Shown: positions 1 through 8,232 of the stretch, one piece after another | How the letters are laid out: every line of letters starts with the position of its first letter | Position numbering within the stretch: the stretch's first letter is position 1 | Origin: Candidatus Saccharimonadota bacterium | Lineage (GTDB): Bacteria; Patescibacteriota; Microgenomatia; UBA1406; GWC2-37-13 | Direction of reading: 5' to 3' | Length of the DNA: 32,000 nucleotides | NCBI GenBank assembly: GCA_016699265.1 | Contig: CP064967.1 | Span: forward strand, 690,001 to 722,000 | Notes under the pieces: model-generated | The model's input: the letters and a program-made list of their open reading frames with translations, nothing else | The model's database searches: none | Told to the model about the DNA's origin: nothing | Made by a program: the position numbers and the translations under genes

Positions 1-4
1 CCGA

Positions 5-22
5 GTCCAGGGGGAGGGATTC
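5..22 (-). repeat. Orphan copy of the last 18 nt of tRNA-Tyr (direct repeat of 114..131)
   Basis: gtccagggggagggattc is identical at 5..22 and 114..131. The second copy is the T-loop end, T-stem 3' strand, acceptor 3' strand and discriminator of tRNA-Tyr. In addition, 11..20 (ggggagggat) is complementary to 61..70 (catccctccc). Confidence 0.85.
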
Positions 23-76
23 ACATTCGACTCGCTAATGCTCGCTCAGGGTAAACTTCTCATCCCTCCCGATTAC

Positions 77-109
77 AAAAAAATGGACAGGAAGAATCCT
101 GTCATTTTT
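77..109. terminator. Bidirectional intrinsic terminator hairpin
   Basis: 7-bp stem GACAGGA (86-92) / TCCTGTC (97-103) with a 4-nt loop. An A7 run lies upstream (77-83) and a T5 run downstream (105-109). On the minus strand this places a T7 tract right after the hairpin, 3' of tRNA-Tyr. Confidence 0.7.
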
Positions 110-114
110 CTGGG

Positions 115-197
115 TCCAGGGGGAGGGATTCGAACCCCCGGAGGCTTACGCCGCTAGATTTACAGTCTAGTACAATTGGCCACTCTGTCACCCCTGG
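115..197 (-). tRNA. tRNA-Tyr (anticodon GTA), class II with long variable arm, no encoded CCA
   Basis: Hand-folded cloverleaf on the minus strand, 83 nt. Acceptor CCAGGGG/CCCCTGG. Anticodon stem CTAGA/TCTAG with loop CTGTAAA. Variable arm GGC-GTAA-GCC. T arm GGGGG-TTCGAAT-CCCTC. Discriminator A. The first base pair is C1:G72. Confidence 0.9.
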
Positions 198-290
198 TAT
201 GAAGTAATTATATCATTAGATCGTCGCCACCCGCCCTATTAATTTACCTATCTCTTCTTTTGAATTATAATAATTTGGTATAATAACACT

Positions 291-1232
291 ATGTTCAAGA
301 CTTGGTTTCAAACATTCAAGACAGCGCTAACCCAACCAAAAGAGTATAAGAACCTTTCACAAAGAAGTTTCTGGAGTGGATATTGGTATTTATTTCTACT
401 TGTCCTGATCGGCATCTTTCTTAAAACGCTAGTGTTTGCGTCGGGCATGGTTGTGGCCGTACCGTTCGTAAAATCTCAGCTCCCAATGGTTAAAAATCAG
501 ATTAGAACAGCATTTCCTCAAGACCTTGTGGTGAAAGTTGAGAACGGAACCGCATCAACAAACGTACAAGAGCCCTATGTCATCACGCTTCATCAACTCA
601 TTCCTCAACTTAAAAATGAGAAAAACGTAAATCTAATAACAATCGATACCCAAGCGCAGGTAGAGCAGTACCAAAGCTACAAGACAGGCTTTCTCCTTAC
701 AAAAATGAACCTCGTGTATCCCTCAAGAAATAACTCTTCAAGCAATGCGTACGAGGTTCTTCCTCTTAGTAATATTAAAGAACCAATTACCATTGATAAA
801 ACAACCTATGGATTGGTAATCGCTCAAGTGCTTCCTTTCGTTGATAAGGTTCCTCAGATAATGTATGGACTAGCTGCCATCTCCGTAATACTATTTCCCC
901 TTTTCGGTGCATTTTTCTTCGTCAACGGTAGTTTATTCTATCTGCTTGTCATGGCTCTTGTCCTCTTAGTTATCGCAAAAATAATGAAGCGAGACTTGTC
1001 GTATCGAGTAATGTACAAGGCATCGATGTTCGGTCTTACATTTCCACTTGTCGTAACCTATGTAGCCGATCTCCTCAGAGTGCAAATTTCAGGGCTTTAC
1101 AACCTTGCATTCTTGGGTTGGATGATTTGTGTCTTGACACTTTATCCCAAATCCATATATACTCAAATCAATGCTAAACCGAAGAAAGTTCCATCTCGTA
1201 AAACACTATCTACTCGTAATCGCAGGGCTTAA
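291..1232 (+). CDS. Multi-pass membrane protein, DUF1189-like (family call tentative)
   Basis: 313-aa ORF with several hydrophobic helices. The N-terminus MFKTWFQTFKTALTQPKEYK..SFWSGYWYLFLL resembles DUF1189-type proteins; this is from memory and was not searched. Confidence 0.7.
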   Translation: MFKTWFQTFKTALTQPKEYKNLSQRSFWSGYWYLFLLVLIGIFLKTLVFASGMVVAVPFVKSQLPMVKNQIRTAFPQDLVVKVENGTASTNVQEPYVITLHQLIPQLKNEKNVNLITIDTQAQVEQYQSYKTGFLLTKMNLVYPSRNNSSSNAYEVLPLSNIKEPITIDKTTYGLVIAQVLPFVDKVPQIMYGLAAISVILFPLFGAFFFVNGSLFYLLVMALVLLVIAKIMKRDLSYRVMYKASMFGLTFPLVVTYVADLLRVQISGLYNLAFLGWMICVLTLYPKSIYTQINAKPKKVPSRKTLSTRNRRA

Positions 1233-1392
1233 TCTTGGTATTGTTGGAATCTTTCAGGTCGATCTATTTCAGTCATTCTTCGGAGCATCTCCCCTTCTTA
1301 TCAGAGTCCTCTACGTTCTTATCGGAACATCTGCAATTATGGATCTCATGACGCATCAGGCAAACTGCAAACTTTGCCTTAAGAAAAGGTGA
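1171..1392 (+). CDS. DUF378 (YuzA-like) small membrane protein
   Basis: 73-aa ORF with two TM helices. LLVIAGLNLGIVGIF...RVLYVLIGTSAI fits the DUF378 IGxLNWGLxG pattern. It has only one in-frame ATG, which overlaps the upstream ORF by 62 nt. Confidence 0.7.
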   Translation: MLNRRKFHLVKHYLLVIAGLNLGIVGIFQVDLFQSFFGASPLLIRVLYVLIGTSAIMDLMTHQANCKLCLKKR

Positions 1393-1421
1393 ACCAACTG
1401 TTATAAATTACACAAAAATAT

Positions 1422-1568
1422 ATGGCAAAAAGAAAAGCAAATACCGTAGCTAGACGAAGCGTTCATCCTCTTGAGAGTCCAATCGTCCAGATCGGAATTG
1501 TCTTTATAGTGCTCTGCGCTCTTTTCCTCATGTTCTATGCAGGAAAAACAGTTCAGATGTATCAATAA
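1422..1568 (+). CDS. 48-aa small membrane protein (not in the ORF track)
   Basis: ATG at 1422, TAA at 1566-1568. The product is MAKRKANTVARRSVHPLESPIVQIGIVFIVLCALFLMFYAGKTVQMYQ: a basic N-terminus plus one TM helix. A terminator follows directly. Confidence 0.45.
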   Translation: MAKRKANTVARRSVHPLESPIVQIGIVFIVLCALFLMFYAGKTVQMYQ

Positions 1569-1585
1569 AACAGAAACCGTTTATT

Positions 1586-1614
1586 AAAAACCCCGCCGAC
1601 GGCGGGGTTTTTTT
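1586..1614. terminator. Bidirectional intrinsic terminator
   Basis: Stem CCCCGCC (1591-1597), loop GAC, stem GGCGGGG (1601-1607), flanked by A5 (1586-1590) and T7 (1608-1614). It lies between the convergent small ORF and groEL. Confidence 0.85.
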
Positions 1615-1630
1615 AATAACAACTGACTTA

Positions 1631-3328
<1,698 letters not shown>

Positions 3329-3335
3329 TTACTGA

Positions 3336-3647
3336 TTACTCGACTATGGCCATAACATCATGCTCCTCAATGAGCATCCAGTCTTCCTGACCAACCTTAA
3401 CTTCGTTACCTCCCCATTTTTTATATAGAACTTTCTGCCCGATCTTGAGTTCGATTGGCATTCTTTTTTCTCCGTCTTCATCGAACTTACCTGGACCAAT
3501 CGCCATTACCTCACCAATCTGAGGCTTCTCTTTGGCAGAGTCTGGAAGAATAATCCCTGAAGCTGTTCTGTCCTCCTGTCCCATAGGTCTAACAAGTACG
3601 AAATCATGAAGAGGTTTGATTGAAGGCATTTGTGTATTTTTTACCAT
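3336..3647 (-). CDS. groES: Co-chaperonin GroES (Cpn10)
   Basis: The sequence IKPLHDFVLVRP...GIILPDSAKEKPQIGEVMAIGPG...YKKWGGNEV is canonical GroES. The likely true start is the internal ATG at 3629 (MPSIKPL). Confidence 0.95.
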   Translation of the reverse strand: MVKNTQMPSIKPLHDFVLVRPMGQEDRTASGIILPDSAKEKPQIGEVMAIGPGKFDEDGEKRMPIELKIGQKVLYKKWGGNEVKVGQEDWMLIEEHDVMAIVE

Positions 3648-3715
3648 AGCTTTTACTTTTAATAACTAATAAAATGAAAATAAGTACGAAAACAATTAGC
3701 AGTCTAACTAGGTGT

Positions 3716-3744
3716 ATGATAGTACATCTCGTTTACATTGTCAA
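3716..3744 (-). promoter_or_regulatory. Sigma70-type promoter for groES-groEL
   Basis: The minus strand reads TTGACA (3744-3739), a 17-nt spacer, then TATCAT (3721-3716), about 70 nt upstream of groES. Confidence 0.5.
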
Positions 3745-3750
3745 TAAAAT

Positions 3751-4794
3751 ATGAATCCTCAAAATAGCATCCCAGAATTCGATAAACTAAGCCAACAACT
3801 CAACTCAGTAGTACTGCCACAAGAGCTTAAGGAAAAAGCTCTCGAACAGATAGAGAGAATTCACTTGACTCTTAAGTTTGGTGGATCCCTATCCCAATTA
3901 GACGTAGCTCAAAAGTATATAGAGTGGATTACTCACCTCCCATGGAACATCTCAACACAAGAAAAAATTGATATTATCGAAGTAAAAAAAACACTCGATG
4001 CAAATCATTTTGGACTTGAGAAGATTAAATCACGCGTTCTCGAGTATCTCTCCGTACTAATTCTACAGAAACAGTCGCCAACACCACAGTTATTTCATGC
4101 CCCAATACTGTTCTTTGTTGGACTGGCCGGTACTGGTAAGACGACCTTAGCTAGCTCCATCGCCGAGGCGTTAGGCCGAAAGTTTGTACGTATTCCGTTT
4201 GGAGGACTCTCCTCTTCGCAGGATCTTCGTGGTCAATCAAAAACTCAACCAAATGCTGAACCTGGAACTGTCATGAAAATTCTGAGAGAGGCCGGCTCAA
4301 ACAATCCAGTAATCTTACTTGATGAGCTCGATCGTATAGCTCCAGACTCACAGTCATCGATCATGGGAGTGCTTCTTGAGCTACTTGATCCAAATCAAAA
4401 TAAAGCGTTTACTGACCACTTTATAGATTTCCCATTCGATCTTTCCAAAGCATTGTTTGTGGCAACGGCAAACAACACAAACTCGATCTCAACAGCAGTT
4501 CTCGATCGTCTAGAGGTCGTACAGATGCCTTCTTACACAGACATTGAGAAGATAGCCATTGCCAAACAGTTTGTACTTCCAAAAACACTAAAAAATGCAG
4601 GAATGTCTTCAACCGAAATTGTAATAGACGATATTCTTTGGCAAAAAATTACAAGACCACTTGGTTTTGATTCAGGAATCAGAAGTCTTGAAAGAACCAT
4701 AGAAACAGTGGTGCGAAAAGCAGCGTTTAAAATGGTACAGGGCCAAAAGGGACCATTTCATCTCAACGAGACAAATTTCAAGGACTTTGTGTGA
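3751..4794 (+). CDS. Lon-derived AAA+ ATPase lacking the N-terminal substrate domain and the S16 protease domain
   Basis: 347 aa. YIEWITHLPW...HFGLEKIKSRVLEYLSV...FFVGLAGTGKTTLASSIAEALGRKFVRIPFGG..DLRG...PG......NPVILLDELDRI...LDRLEVVQMPSYT aligns motif by motif with the Lon ATPase module (Walker A, Walker B, sensor/arginine region). The ORF stops at 4794, and the next gene ends at 4810 on the other strand, so no protease domain can follow. Confidence 0.85.
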   Translation: MNPQNSIPEFDKLSQQLNSVVLPQELKEKALEQIERIHLTLKFGGSLSQLDVAQKYIEWITHLPWNISTQEKIDIIEVKKTLDANHFGLEKIKSRVLEYLSVLILQKQSPTPQLFHAPILFFVGLAGTGKTTLASSIAEALGRKFVRIPFGGLSSSQDLRGQSKTQPNAEPGTVMKILREAGSNNPVILLDELDRIAPDSQSSIMGVLLELLDPNQNKAFTDHFIDFPFDLSKALFVATANNTNSISTAVLDRLEVVQMPSYTDIEKIAIAKQFVLPKTLKNAGMSSTEIVIDDILWQKITRPLGFDSGIRSLERTIETVVRKAAFKMVQGQKGPFHLNETNFKDFV

Positions 4795-4809
4795 TGAAGG
4801 GAAATATAT

Positions 4810-5919
4810 TTACTTTTTGGGAATCAACGATAGTATTTCTTTCTTAAAATTCTCGAAGGTGTAGTTTTCAGATACCGACCGAGCAGCCATTCTCATTTTG
4901 AGATATGCATCCTCTGAGAGTTTTTCAAGTTTGTTCACTGCGTTAGATAATGACCCTAGTGTGAGCTCGTTAAAAAGAAAGCCATTCAGCCCTTGCTTTA
5001 CCGTTTCTCTTAGACCGCCACTATCGTATGCGATGACGGGAGTACCAAATCCCATTGCCTCAACTGGGGCAATCCCAAACTCCTCATCGACCGATGCGAA
5101 CAAAAATGCCTTAGCATTTTTGAGCAATTCATCTCGCTCTTGATCAGAGGCATCGGTAATAAACTCAACAGTGTCACCAGCCAACGATCTTAAATAATCG
5201 AGATCTCGCCCTTTACCAACGATTTTAAGGCGAACTTTTTGTACATTGGCCATCTGAATTAACAGATCGACGTGCTTTGCTCTTCCAAGACGAGAAACAG
5301 TTACATAATAACTCGGAACTTGAAACTCAAAACTTGGAACTTGTTTAGGTATATCTACCGGAGGATAAATCACAATAGAGTCTCGATTATAAAACCTCTT
5401 TATCCGCTGCTGAGTTTCATGAGAATTGGCAATTAAAATATTTGGTCTTTTTGAAGAACTAAAGTCCCATTTTTTTAGAAAGAAATTAACTATATTTGCA
5501 TAGAGTTTAACAACTGGATATTTCTGCCACTCAACCGCAGTTTCGTAACCATACAAATATTTTGGAGGGTGATGTATGTATGAAATATGAGTAGTAGGCT
5601 TTTGGGTCTTGATCCCTTTGCACATATACCAACCGGACGAAGAAATCACGACATCATACGCTGAATAATCAAAGCTTTCCCAAATGAGAGGAGCTAGAAA
5701 ACGGAGCGGAGAATATAATTTCCCAATAAACGGAATTTTAGAAGCCCAGGAAGTTCGAATATCCCAACGATACAGGTCCTTAATGTTTTTTTTAGCATTG
5801 TCTTGATTAATGAATGCCGTGTAAACCGGCGCTTCAAGAAAGATCTCATGCAGCGCAAAAAGTACCCTCTCGGCACCTCCGAACTCCTGCAACTGATCGT
5901 GAACGAGTGCGATTTTCAT
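4810..5919 (-). CDS. Glycosyltransferase family 4 (GT-B, group 1)
   Basis: 369 aa. The N-terminus MKIALVHDQLQEFGGAERVL and the C-terminal EEFGIAPVEAMGFGTPVIAYDSGGLRETV (E-x7-E motif) are typical of GT4. Confidence 0.9.
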   Translation of the reverse strand: MKIALVHDQLQEFGGAERVLFALHEIFLEAPVYTAFINQDNAKKNIKDLYRWDIRTSWASKIPFIGKLYSPLRFLAPLIWESFDYSAYDVVISSSGWYMCKGIKTQKPTTHISYIHHPPKYLYGYETAVEWQKYPVVKLYANIVNFFLKKWDFSSSKRPNILIANSHETQQRIKRFYNRDSIVIYPPVDIPKQVPSFEFQVPSYYVTVSRLGRAKHVDLLIQMANVQKVRLKIVGKGRDLDYLRSLAGDTVEFITDASDQERDELLKNAKAFLFASVDEEFGIAPVEAMGFGTPVIAYDSGGLRETVKQGLNGFLFNELTLGSLSNAVNKLEKLSEDAYLKMRMAARSVSENYTFENFKKEILSLIPKK

Positions 5920-5997
5920 ATGATTAGTATAAAGTATTTAGTATATAGAACAGAGCCCAAATACTTTATACTTTATACCTAATACTAAATATTTTTT

Positions 5998-6780
5998 ATG
6001 AATATCTTTCATGCGCTTTTACTTGGAGTCGTTGAGGGCGTGACCGAGTTTTTACCCATCTCATCTACAGCACATCTTATTCTCACAAGTAAATTTTTGG
6101 GACTCGCTCAAACAGAGTTTCAAACGTTCTTTGAAGTCTTTATTCAATCGGGGGCAATACTAGCAGTAGTCTTTTTATACCTTCGATATGTCCTCGAACA
6201 TAAGAAAGCACTTATCAATATCATTTTGTCCTTTATTCCAACGGCAGTTGTCGGACTTGTCCTTCATAAAACAATTAAGACGGTTTTCTTCAACTCAAAC
6301 CCCCTTATCATCGCCTCAATGGCGGTTGTAGCGATACTATTTTTGATAGTTGAACACCGAATAAGAACTAAGAAATTAGAACTGAAGAAAAATCTAACTC
6401 AGATAACGAGTAAACAAGCAGTCCTCATCGGACTCATTCAGTCGCTTGCCGTTGTTCCAGGAGTTTCACGTGCGGGAATCGTTATGATCTTCATGATGAT
6501 GCTTGGATTTAAACGAGATGAATCAGCTAAGTATTCATTTTTGCTAGCTATGCCAACAATTATTGCTGCAAGCGCCCTCGATCTTTATCAGTCGAAGGAC
6601 ATTCTACTTACTTCCTCATCTATGACCTCGCTCCTTATCATCGGATTTGTAACTGCATTTATAACGGCTTATGTTTCCGTGAAATGGTTACTTAACTATT
6701 TACAGAATAATACACTTGTCGGCTTTGCCTATTACCGTCTTCTACTTGCTATAATAGTCGTTATAGCTCTAGGCCTATAA
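5998..6780 (+). CDS. uppP: Undecaprenyl-diphosphate phosphatase
   Basis: 260 aa, multi-pass membrane protein. VEGVTEFLPISSTAHL and PGVSRAG are the BacA/UppP signature motifs. Confidence 0.95.
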   Translation: MNIFHALLLGVVEGVTEFLPISSTAHLILTSKFLGLAQTEFQTFFEVFIQSGAILAVVFLYLRYVLEHKKALINIILSFIPTAVVGLVLHKTIKTVFFNSNPLIIASMAVVAILFLIVEHRIRTKKLELKKNLTQITSKQAVLIGLIQSLAVVPGVSRAGIVMIFMMMLGFKRDESAKYSFLLAMPTIIAASALDLYQSKDILLTSSSMTSLLIIGFVTAFITAYVSVKWLLNYLQNNTLVGFAYYRLLLAIIVVIALGL

Positions 6781-6786
6781 GGCATA

Positions 6787-6857
6787 GGGCCCGGAGTTAG
6801 ACGGTACAACGCTGCATTCGCATTGCAGAGGAAGGAGTTCAATTCTCCTCGGGTCCA
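6787..6857 (+). tRNA. tRNA-Ala (anticodon CGC)
   Basis: Acceptor GGGCCCG/CGGGTCC with the G3:U70 alanine identity pair. Anticodon stem CTGCA/TGCAG with loop TTCGCAT. T arm AGGAG-TTCAATT-CTCCT. Discriminator A. At 71 nt it is slightly non-canonical (G8, 4-nt variable loop). Confidence 0.85.
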
Positions 6858-6859
6858 CA

Positions 6860-6936
6860 GATCTAAGGAGTTTACCGACATAAAGTCGGGATCCCGATGG
6901 CGAACCGATCGGGGCAATTCCCTGCCGGCAGGCAGG
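6860..6936 (+). repeat. 77-nt insert carrying a double-hairpin repeat (copy A) plus a 12-nt perfect palindrome, flanked by 14-nt direct repeats
   Basis: tcctcgggtccaca occurs at 6846..6859 (the 3' end of tRNA-Ala) and again at 6937..6950. The insert contains agtttaCCGACataaaGTCGGgatCCCGATggcgaaccgATCGGGg (6869..6914), homologous to the copies at 17691, 21245 and 23527. It ends with CCTGCCGGCAGG (6921..6932). Confidence 0.85.
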
Positions 6937-6992
6937 TCCTCGGGTCCACATCTCTAACGGCTGAACTCTTTAGTATAATAAGCTATTGAGAA

Positions 6993-7065
6993 GGGCCTGT
7001 AACTCAGCGGTTAGAGTGCCATCCTTATAAGATGGAAGTCCTTGGTTCGATTCCAAGCAGGCCCA
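6993..7065 (+). tRNA. tRNA-Ile (anticodon TAT, reads AUA)
   Basis: 73 nt. Acceptor GGGCCTG/CAGGCCC. D arm ACTC/GAGT. Anticodon stem CCATC/GATGG with loop CTTATAA, so positions 34-36 are TAT. T arm CTTGG-TTCGATT-CCAAG. Discriminator A. Confidence 0.9.
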
Positions 7066-7069
7066 CATT

Positions 7070-7108
7070 AGAATCTGTGTCTGATAATTTATCAGACTTA
7101 CAGATTCT
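7070..7108 (+). other. Long near-perfect hairpin immediately 3' of tRNA-Ile
   Basis: AGAATCTGTGTCTGATA (7070-7086), loop att, TATCAGAC-tt-ACAGATTCT (7090-7108). This gives 17 bp with one 2-nt bulge and no U tract after it. Confidence 0.7.
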
Positions 7109-7212
7109 TATGTCCGCCAACAATTGCAGCATGAGCCGTCTACGGATAGTAGTGAACCGAGTCTGACTCGGTGAAAAGACGAATGCTAAGTTGTGGAGGG
7201 CAGAGAAATATA

Positions 7213-7285
7213 GCGGAGATAGCCAAGGTGGTCACGGCGGTGGTCTGAAAAACCTCAGATGTCAGTTCGACTCTGACTCTCCGCA
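7213..7285 (+). tRNA. tRNA-Phe (anticodon GAA)
   Basis: 73 nt. Acceptor GCGGAGA/TCTCCGC. Anticodon loop CTGAAAA with stem GTGGT/ACCTC, which has one U-U mismatch. T arm GTCAG-TTCGACT-CTGAC. Discriminator A. Confidence 0.88.
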
Positions 7286-7346
7286 CATAGTGCGAGCAAA
7301 ATATAACCCGTTAGATTTGAGAGTTACCTTTACAAGTAAAAAAATC

Positions 7347-7375
7347 TTGAAACTAATTAATTCATCGTGTAACAT
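7347..7375 (+). promoter_or_regulatory. Candidate sigma70 promoter giving a (near-)leaderless mRNA for 7385..7657
   Basis: TTGAAA (7347-7352), a 17-nt spacer, then TAACAT (7370-7375). The ATG at 7385 is only about 10 nt downstream of the -10 box and no SD is present. Confidence 0.3.
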
Positions 7376-7384
7376 ATCAACTTC

Positions 7385-7657
7385 ATGAGCAGAATTGAAT
7401 CATTGCGATTCCCAGAAATGGGACAAGCATCTCGCATCTTAGTTACTACCGACGATCAGGGAAATCAAAGAGTAAATGGTCTTCCCGTCATCGACCAAAG
7501 AATCGCATATCAGAACGGTTCCTTTTTTCGTGAAGAGCTTATCGTCTCTGGACAATATGACTCGATGGGTCGGGTGATTGATGGCCTGACCGGTAAAGAA
7601 ACAGTTATATCTAGGATGCATCTACGACCGACTCTAATCTTCCCTGTCCGAAAATAA
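7385..7657 (+). CDS. Hypothetical 90-aa soluble protein embedded in the tRNA cluster
   Basis: ORF with ordinary, non-repetitive amino-acid composition. I recognise no family. It fills the gap between tRNA-Phe and tRNA-Gly. Confidence 0.5.
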   Translation: MSRIESLRFPEMGQASRILVTTDDQGNQRVNGLPVIDQRIAYQNGSFFREELIVSGQYDSMGRVIDGLTGKETVISRMHLRPTLIFPVRK

Positions 7658-7714
7658 TGAGGCTCTATCGAAATAACCTAGCTCAAGGTGAAGTAGTGAT
7701 ATAATTGATGTATT

Positions 7715-7788
7715 GCGGGTGTAGTTGAGTGGTACAACGCGTCCTTGCCAAGGATGAGCCGAGGGTTCGATTCCCTTCACCCGCTCCA
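7715..7788 (+). tRNA. tRNA-Gly (anticodon GCC), CCA encoded
   Basis: Acceptor GCGGGTG/CACCCGC. D arm GTTG/CAAC. Anticodon stem CGTCC/GGATG with loop TTGCCAA. T arm GAGGG-TTCGATT-CCCTT. Discriminator T followed by CCA. It is the only tRNA in the window with a genomic CCA. Confidence 0.9.
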
Positions 7789-7791
7789 GAT

Positions 7792-8214
7792 TTATTTTTT
7801 CAAAATCTCCTCAAAAGCTTCTTTTTCGGTTTTATAGCTTAAAGTTTTTCTCACCTCATCCTCTGTCACGAATTTAGCATCGGAAACCTCCCAGTCATGA
7901 TCCTTTGGGTCACCGGATTTGTACTCCATGAGAAAGTAGTAGACTTTCTTTTCTATTAGTGTTTCTTCAAATGTATATTTATAGAGCGCTTCAGCTGGAA
8001 TGGGGTTCACAATTTTTGCCACGACGCCACCTTCCTCACGAACCTCACGAAGCGCTGCGGTCTCTTTCGATTCGTTCTCATCTTCATCACCTACAAGACC
8101 TTTCGGGAATCCCCAATGCTTATGCTGTGAATGTTGCGTAACGAGCCAAAGAGTCTGCTCGCCTACTTTTTTAAACACGATGCCACCGGCTGAGGTTTCC
8201 GTTTTATATTTCAT
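7792..8214 (-). CDS. NUDIX hydrolase
   Basis: The Nudix box is GFPKGLVGDEDENESKETAALREVREEGGV (GX5EX7REUXEEXGU). The ORF track extends it to 8250, but the ATG at 8214 (MKYKTETSAGGIV) avoids overlapping the divergent gene. Confidence 0.9.
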   Translation of the reverse strand: MKYKTETSAGGIVFKKVGEQTLWLVTQHSQHKHWGFPKGLVGDEDENESKETAALREVREEGGVVAKIVNPIPAEALYKYTFEETLIEKKVYYFLMEYKSGDPKDHDWEVSDAKFVTEDEVRKTLSYKTEKEAFEEILKK

Positions 8215-8232
8215 TTCATATATAATATCGTT

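Noticed and set aside
3690-3715. Possible CIRCE (HrcA operator) upstream of groES, because TTAGCAGTC resembles the CIRCE half-site TTAGCACTC
   Set aside because: The required inverted partner (GAGTGCTAA after a 9-nt spacer) is absent. Only a 4-bp TTAG/CTAA mini-palindrome is present, so there is no support for a CIRCE element.
6732-6917. 61-aa ORF on the minus strand
   Set aside because: It runs antisense through tRNA-Ala and repeat copy A, so it is not a plausible gene.
7191-7388. 65-aa ORF on the plus strand
   Set aside because: It is almost entirely occupied by tRNA-Phe (7213..7285) and its flanks, so it is a chance ORF.
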